This document shows positions 60,731 through 64,000 of a DNA stretch of 64,000 nt, piece by piece; the stretch's first letter is position 1; each line of letters begins with the position of its first letter. The DNA is from Promethearchaeota archaeon (GTDB taxonomy: Archaea; Asgardarchaeota; Heimdallarchaeia; Hodarchaeales; Hodarchaeaceae). The notes below the pieces were generated by a model. The model did not search any database. It had not been told where the DNA came from and worked only from the letters and a program-made list of their open reading frames with translations. The stretch spans positions 64,001 through 128,000 of the forward strand of contig JBHLMN010000001.1 in assembly GCA_048938105.1 (NCBI GenBank). The letters run 5' to 3'. The translations under genes and the position numbers were made by a program.

Positions 60731-60888
60731 TCCCTTGGCCGTGAGTTTCGGGAAGAAGTGTTTAAATCCCTCCATTCGAACACGGGACAACCCGGTGGCT
60801 GATCCAGCTGACACACTCTTCATAGGTGTCTCGGAGGTGCGAACTAAGTCTACAGCCGGGGGCTCTAGCCAGGCTGAGCTACCAAGGG
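60731..60888 (-). tRNA. tRNA-Tyr(GTA) with two introns (53 nt at 37/38, 60797-60849; 30 nt at 59/60, 60745-60774)
   Basis: Acceptor CCCTTGG/CCAAGGG-A (C1-G72, A73), D arm GCTC/GAGC, anticodon stem CCCGG/CCGGG, T arm CCGTG/CACGG. A perfect BHB motif surrounds intron 2. Mature length 75 nt without CCA. Confidence 0.92.
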
Positions 60889-60984
60889 AGAACTTTGTAG
60901 TCATATAGGGCCTCTAGAAGGAGATTTATAAAGATTATTTCTGAGAGATAAAGATCATTATTGGGTTCTGCATAGTCTTAGACA

Positions 60985-61389
60985 TTACTCTTGTTCTGGT
61001 GTAAGTTCAAGCTTTGCTTCTATATTATCCAATCGTTTATGGAGTTTTTGGAGGGAACTTATGATTATGGCTAATTTTCGGTCTAATTCCGTGGCTTCCC
61101 CACCCAGCTCGAATTCTTGTGGTAGCAGAACCTTTCCTTCACCTAATCCCGATTGTTTGTAGAGATCACCTGCAACTTGGCTTAAAGCTGCTTCCGTGAT
61201 TTGATGTTCAATATCAGCTTCAGTACAGGCGAGTTTGAGTGCACTTCGTATGGATGCATCAGTTACATTCCCTGTAATATCAATAGTTGTGATAGAATCA
61301 CCACGAAAAATCAGCTCTATAACATTAGCTCCAGATTTTTTTGACAAACGGGCACGAAAAGCCATTCCTGGTATCGAAACTTCTGGCAT
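60985..61389 (-). CDS. Hypothetical protein with C-terminal coiled coil
   Basis: GGAGG upstream; LQKLHKRLDNIEAKL. Confidence 0.7.
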   Translation of the reverse strand: MPEVSIPGMAFRARLSKKSGANVIELIFRGDSITTIDITGNVTDASIRSALKLACTEADIEHQITEAALSQVAGDLYKQSGLGEGKVLLPQEFELGGEATELDRKLAIIISSLQKLHKRLDNIEAKLELTPEQE

Positions 61390-61569
61390 TTACGGTTTCC
61401 TCCTAATTTGGTATTTTTTATTTAATAAAAGAGATCGAGTTTAAGGTCTTAATGATATCTTTTAAATTTAGAGGAATAGATGAATCATTAATCTACTCAA
61501 ACTTTTGAAGGATAGAGCTTGAAGCTTTTCACAACCAGGGATTGATTGAAAAAGTCGCTTATTACACCA

Positions 61570-61956
61570 TTATCCGAACAGATCACGAAATCCCCGTCGT
61601 ACTGAATCTAGAAATGAAAGCCCCTGGAGCATTAACCGTTGTACTTCTAAAAGATAACGTCTACGTGCTAATGTTTCTTGAAAAACAAAATAAGATACAA
61701 TGAAATCAGCAGCAGCAGCCACTCCTATTAATATACGTACAATACTAAGGTCTTCACTTGTATCAAGTAAAAACAGAATGATAGACACCCCAACCATGAG
61801 GACTCCTGCAGAAACTGCCAAAATGGTGACAAATAACCATATATGATATTGACGTTCTAATTGAGTTACTTCTCCTCGTCCTGAATCAAGAATTTTCCGA
61901 ATACTAGGTGGTATTGCTGACGTGATGGTAGATCCCTCAATTAAATTTATGTCCAC
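61570..61956 (-). CDS. Small 2-TM membrane protein
   Basis: Two hydrophobic helices; coupled to the ABC ATPase gene. Confidence 0.65.
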   Translation of the reverse strand: MDINLIEGSTITSAIPPSIRKILDSGRGEVTQLERQYHIWLFVTILAVSAGVLMVGVSIILFLLDTSEDLSIVRILIGVAAAADFIVSYFVFQETLARRRYLLEVQRLMLQGLSFLDSVRRGFRDLFG

Positions 61957-62896
61957 AATGGATACAATAAATTACCTGTTGAGGAACAGACTGAGAGCAA
62001 GCAGGGCACTTTTTTTCTGCTATCTCGATTGGTTCCTCTGTTACTACTGGTGGAGACTTCACAGAGCTAGGATATAATTTTAGGTGATCACCTTTTGAGG
62101 AAACACGAAATTCTACTAATCGTTCTAACCCTACTTGTCGCCTAAGTTCCTCTGGGATGGTGATATGGCCTTTGACACTGATTTCATATAATTCTTCTGC
62201 TGAAGTATCATCCCTTAGCCGTTGTGTTAATACTGATCCGTCTTTGATTCGTAAAATTCTATCTGCTTGGGATGCAATCTGTTCATTATGAGTAACTACT
62301 AGCATTGCTAAACCTCGTTCCTGATTTAAATCCTTAAGAAAGCCCATCACTTCCTGCGAGGTTGTAGTATCTAATTCTCCTGTGATTTCATCCCCTAATA
62401 GAATTTCAGGGTCATTCGCTAAAGCACAAGCTATTGCTGCTCGCTGCAACTCACCACCAGATAATTGAGCTGGTTTATGCTTTCGTCTATCTTTCAATCC
62501 CACAGCACTTAACAATTCTAGGGTTCGTTTCTTCGGATCTCTCCTTCCCGCAAGTTTCATTGGAAGCATAACGTTTTCCTGAAGTGTCAACATTGGAACC
62601 AAATTTGAGATTTGAAAGACAAATCCAATGTGTTCGCGTCGAAATTGGACTAGTTGATTGGTATGTAGTGAGGTAATGGTGGTTCCTCGGATAAAAATCG
62701 TTCCTGCAGTCGGTCGTATTAAACCACCGAGTACAGAAATCAAAGTAGTTTTTCCTGACCCAGAAGGACCAATTATCGAAACAAATTCTCCAGTATGAAG
62801 CTCAACATTGACTCCCCGCAAAGCTACGACATCTGTTCTCTGCTCTTTTCCTTCATAAATCTTAAAAACATCATGTGCTGCCAGTGCTATTGTCAA
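61937..62896 (-). CDS. LolD/MacB-type ABC ATPase + AbrB-like domain + zinc ribbon
   Basis: GPSGSGKTT, LSGGE; ISVKGHITIPEELR; CPAC..YCIHCG. Confidence 0.9.
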   Translation of the reverse strand: MTIALAAHDVFKIYEGKEQRTDVVALRGVNVELHTGEFVSIIGPSGSGKTTLISVLGGLIRPTAGTIFIRGTTITSLHTNQLVQFRREHIGFVFQISNLVPMLTLQENVMLPMKLAGRRDPKKRTLELLSAVGLKDRRKHKPAQLSGGELQRAAIACALANDPEILLGDEITGELDTTTSQEVMGFLKDLNQERGLAMLVVTHNEQIASQADRILRIKDGSVLTQRLRDDTSAEELYEISVKGHITIPEELRRQVGLERLVEFRVSSKGDHLKLYPSSVKSPPVVTEEPIEIAEKKCPACSQSVPQQVIYCIHCGHKFN

Positions 62897-62908
62897 TATC
62901 CTTTCACC

Positions 62909-64000
62909 TCATATTGTTCGTAAAACCTCACTCACACTAGTCTTTTTGATTTCCCAAAGGCTGATAATTACTGCTATTATTATTCCTAGAACGACACATC
63001 CTAATAATATTCCAAAACCAGTAACAGAGAAAATTACAGGGCTTGCAATTGATCCTGGTTCAGCACGAAAGCCTCTAAATAGAATAGTAACAATTAAACC
63101 GATAATCGTTCCTGCTAGAATTGAGAAAGTACCCGCGGTAATCGCTTCACCAATAATAAATGTTCCTACTTGGTTATTGGTCGCTCCTAGGGCAATCAAT
63201 GTTCCAACTTCCCGCTTTCTTTTTTGAATCGCGGTTAAGAGAAAAATACCTGAGCCTATACATGCAATAATAATAACTACAACAAACTCAATACTTAACA
63301 CTCCATTGAAATTAGCTATCCCTGGTTCTTCGATTGTTGATAGAATTTCTGAGGAAGTCGTAATATCAAGACTTTTCCCATAAACATCAATTAATTGAGC
63401 TTGTAGCTCTAAAGGATCAATTTGGGTGTTAATCAAGAAAAAAGACGCATTTCGAGACCCAAAAAAGGTTTCAAATGTGTCTGAACTTGTTACAATGAAA
63501 TAATTGCCAGAACTCGAAGTTCCAGTGGAAACGGTCAGTCCTATTCCATATAATATTTGACTACCTATTGTTGGGAAGTTATAGGCAATATCACTCACAA
63601 TAAGCCCTGAATCAGCTAAAGAACTCGCAATGTCATAATCAAAATCTAGGGCAAAATCATTACTAATTATACAATTATTTTGAATTAACAGATTGGAAAA
63701 CACTTCTTCAATTCTAGAATCGACAAAAAACTGATCACGAAGGAAAGCTACTTTATAGAAATTATTATCGACACCCAAGATGGGGACTTGTGTTCCACCA
63801 AATATTATGTTGTCCTTATAAACAGCAGATGTGATTGCATTTGAATCAATTGACTGTATACTATTATCAAGCTCTGTTATTGATAAAGGAAGAATGGATT
63901 TAACTTGAACATCCGCTCCAGAAGCAAATTGTGCTTGAGAGACATTTGTCAAATGGTCTGTATGCGCGGTAGTACTAACCATGATCCCAAATGAAAATGT
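62909..64000 (-). CDS. FtsX-like ABC permease (5' part outside window)
   Basis: KRKREVGTLIALGAT; C-terminal TM segments; frame open to the window edge. Confidence 0.85.
   Translation of the reverse strand, partial: TFSFGIMVSTTAHTDHLTNVSQAQFASGADVQVKSILPLSITELDNSIQSIDSNAITSAVYKDNIIFGGTQVPILGVDNNFYKVAFLRDQFFVDSRIEEVFSNLLIQNNCIISNDFALDFDYDIASSLADSGLIVSDIAYNFPTIGSQILYGIGLTVSTGTSSSGNYFIVTSSDTFETFFGSRNASFFLINTQIDPLELQAQLIDVYGKSLDITTSSEILSTIEEPGIANFNGVLSIEFVVVIIIACIGSGIFLLTAIQKRKREVGTLIALGATNNQVGTFIIGEAITAGTFSILAGTIIGLIVTILFRGFRAEPGSIASPVIFSVTGFGILLGCVVLGIIIAVIISLWEIKKTSVSEVLRTI

Noticed and set aside
60797-60849. C/D guide RNA inside tRNA intron 1 (CCGA, ATGAAGA)
   Set aside because: Only one degenerate box pair; no second C/D pair.
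60713-60904. 63-aa ORF, and the N-terminus of the 58048-58320 ORF
   Set aside because: They overlap tRNA sequences.

Overview
Gene-dense, AT-rich archaeal chromosomal segment, most likely from an Asgard archaeon (Heimdallarchaeia/Hodarchaeales-like). That assignment is inferred from several Rag-like small GTPases with roadblock-like tails, uDENN/longin-like and gelsolin-like domains, an archaeal ATP-dependent ligase, ABCE1 and a BHB-intron tRNA. Contents in order: (1) a giant surface protein (>1548 aa, missing from the ORF track) with exact 348-bp repeats; (2) a ThiR-thiBPQ thiamine locus with a ThiK-like kinase, interrupted by a TnpB-only IS200/IS605 element with an apparently rearranged RuvC site; (3) a DinG/XPD helicase followed by a ~265-nt structured intergenic RNA candidate; (4) adenine deaminase and kinases; (5) an Nfn pair whose small subunit is fused to a CxxC-less thioredoxin-reductase-like domain; (6) divergent from it, an operon in which two uDENN/longin-like proteins and an FrhB-family F420 oxidoreductase share one unrecognised C-terminal beta domain, next to a CBS protein and a Rag-like GTPase (best candidate for an undescribed system); (7) an operon of Rag GTPase, pseudo-GTPase, longin-gelsolin fusion and Rag GTPase; (8) housekeeping and ABC genes; (9) a two-intron tRNA-Tyr with an inverted orphan copy of its 5' exon, the two flanking an AT-rich PD-(D/E)xK-like gene. 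All calls come from reading motifs by eye; no searches were run.
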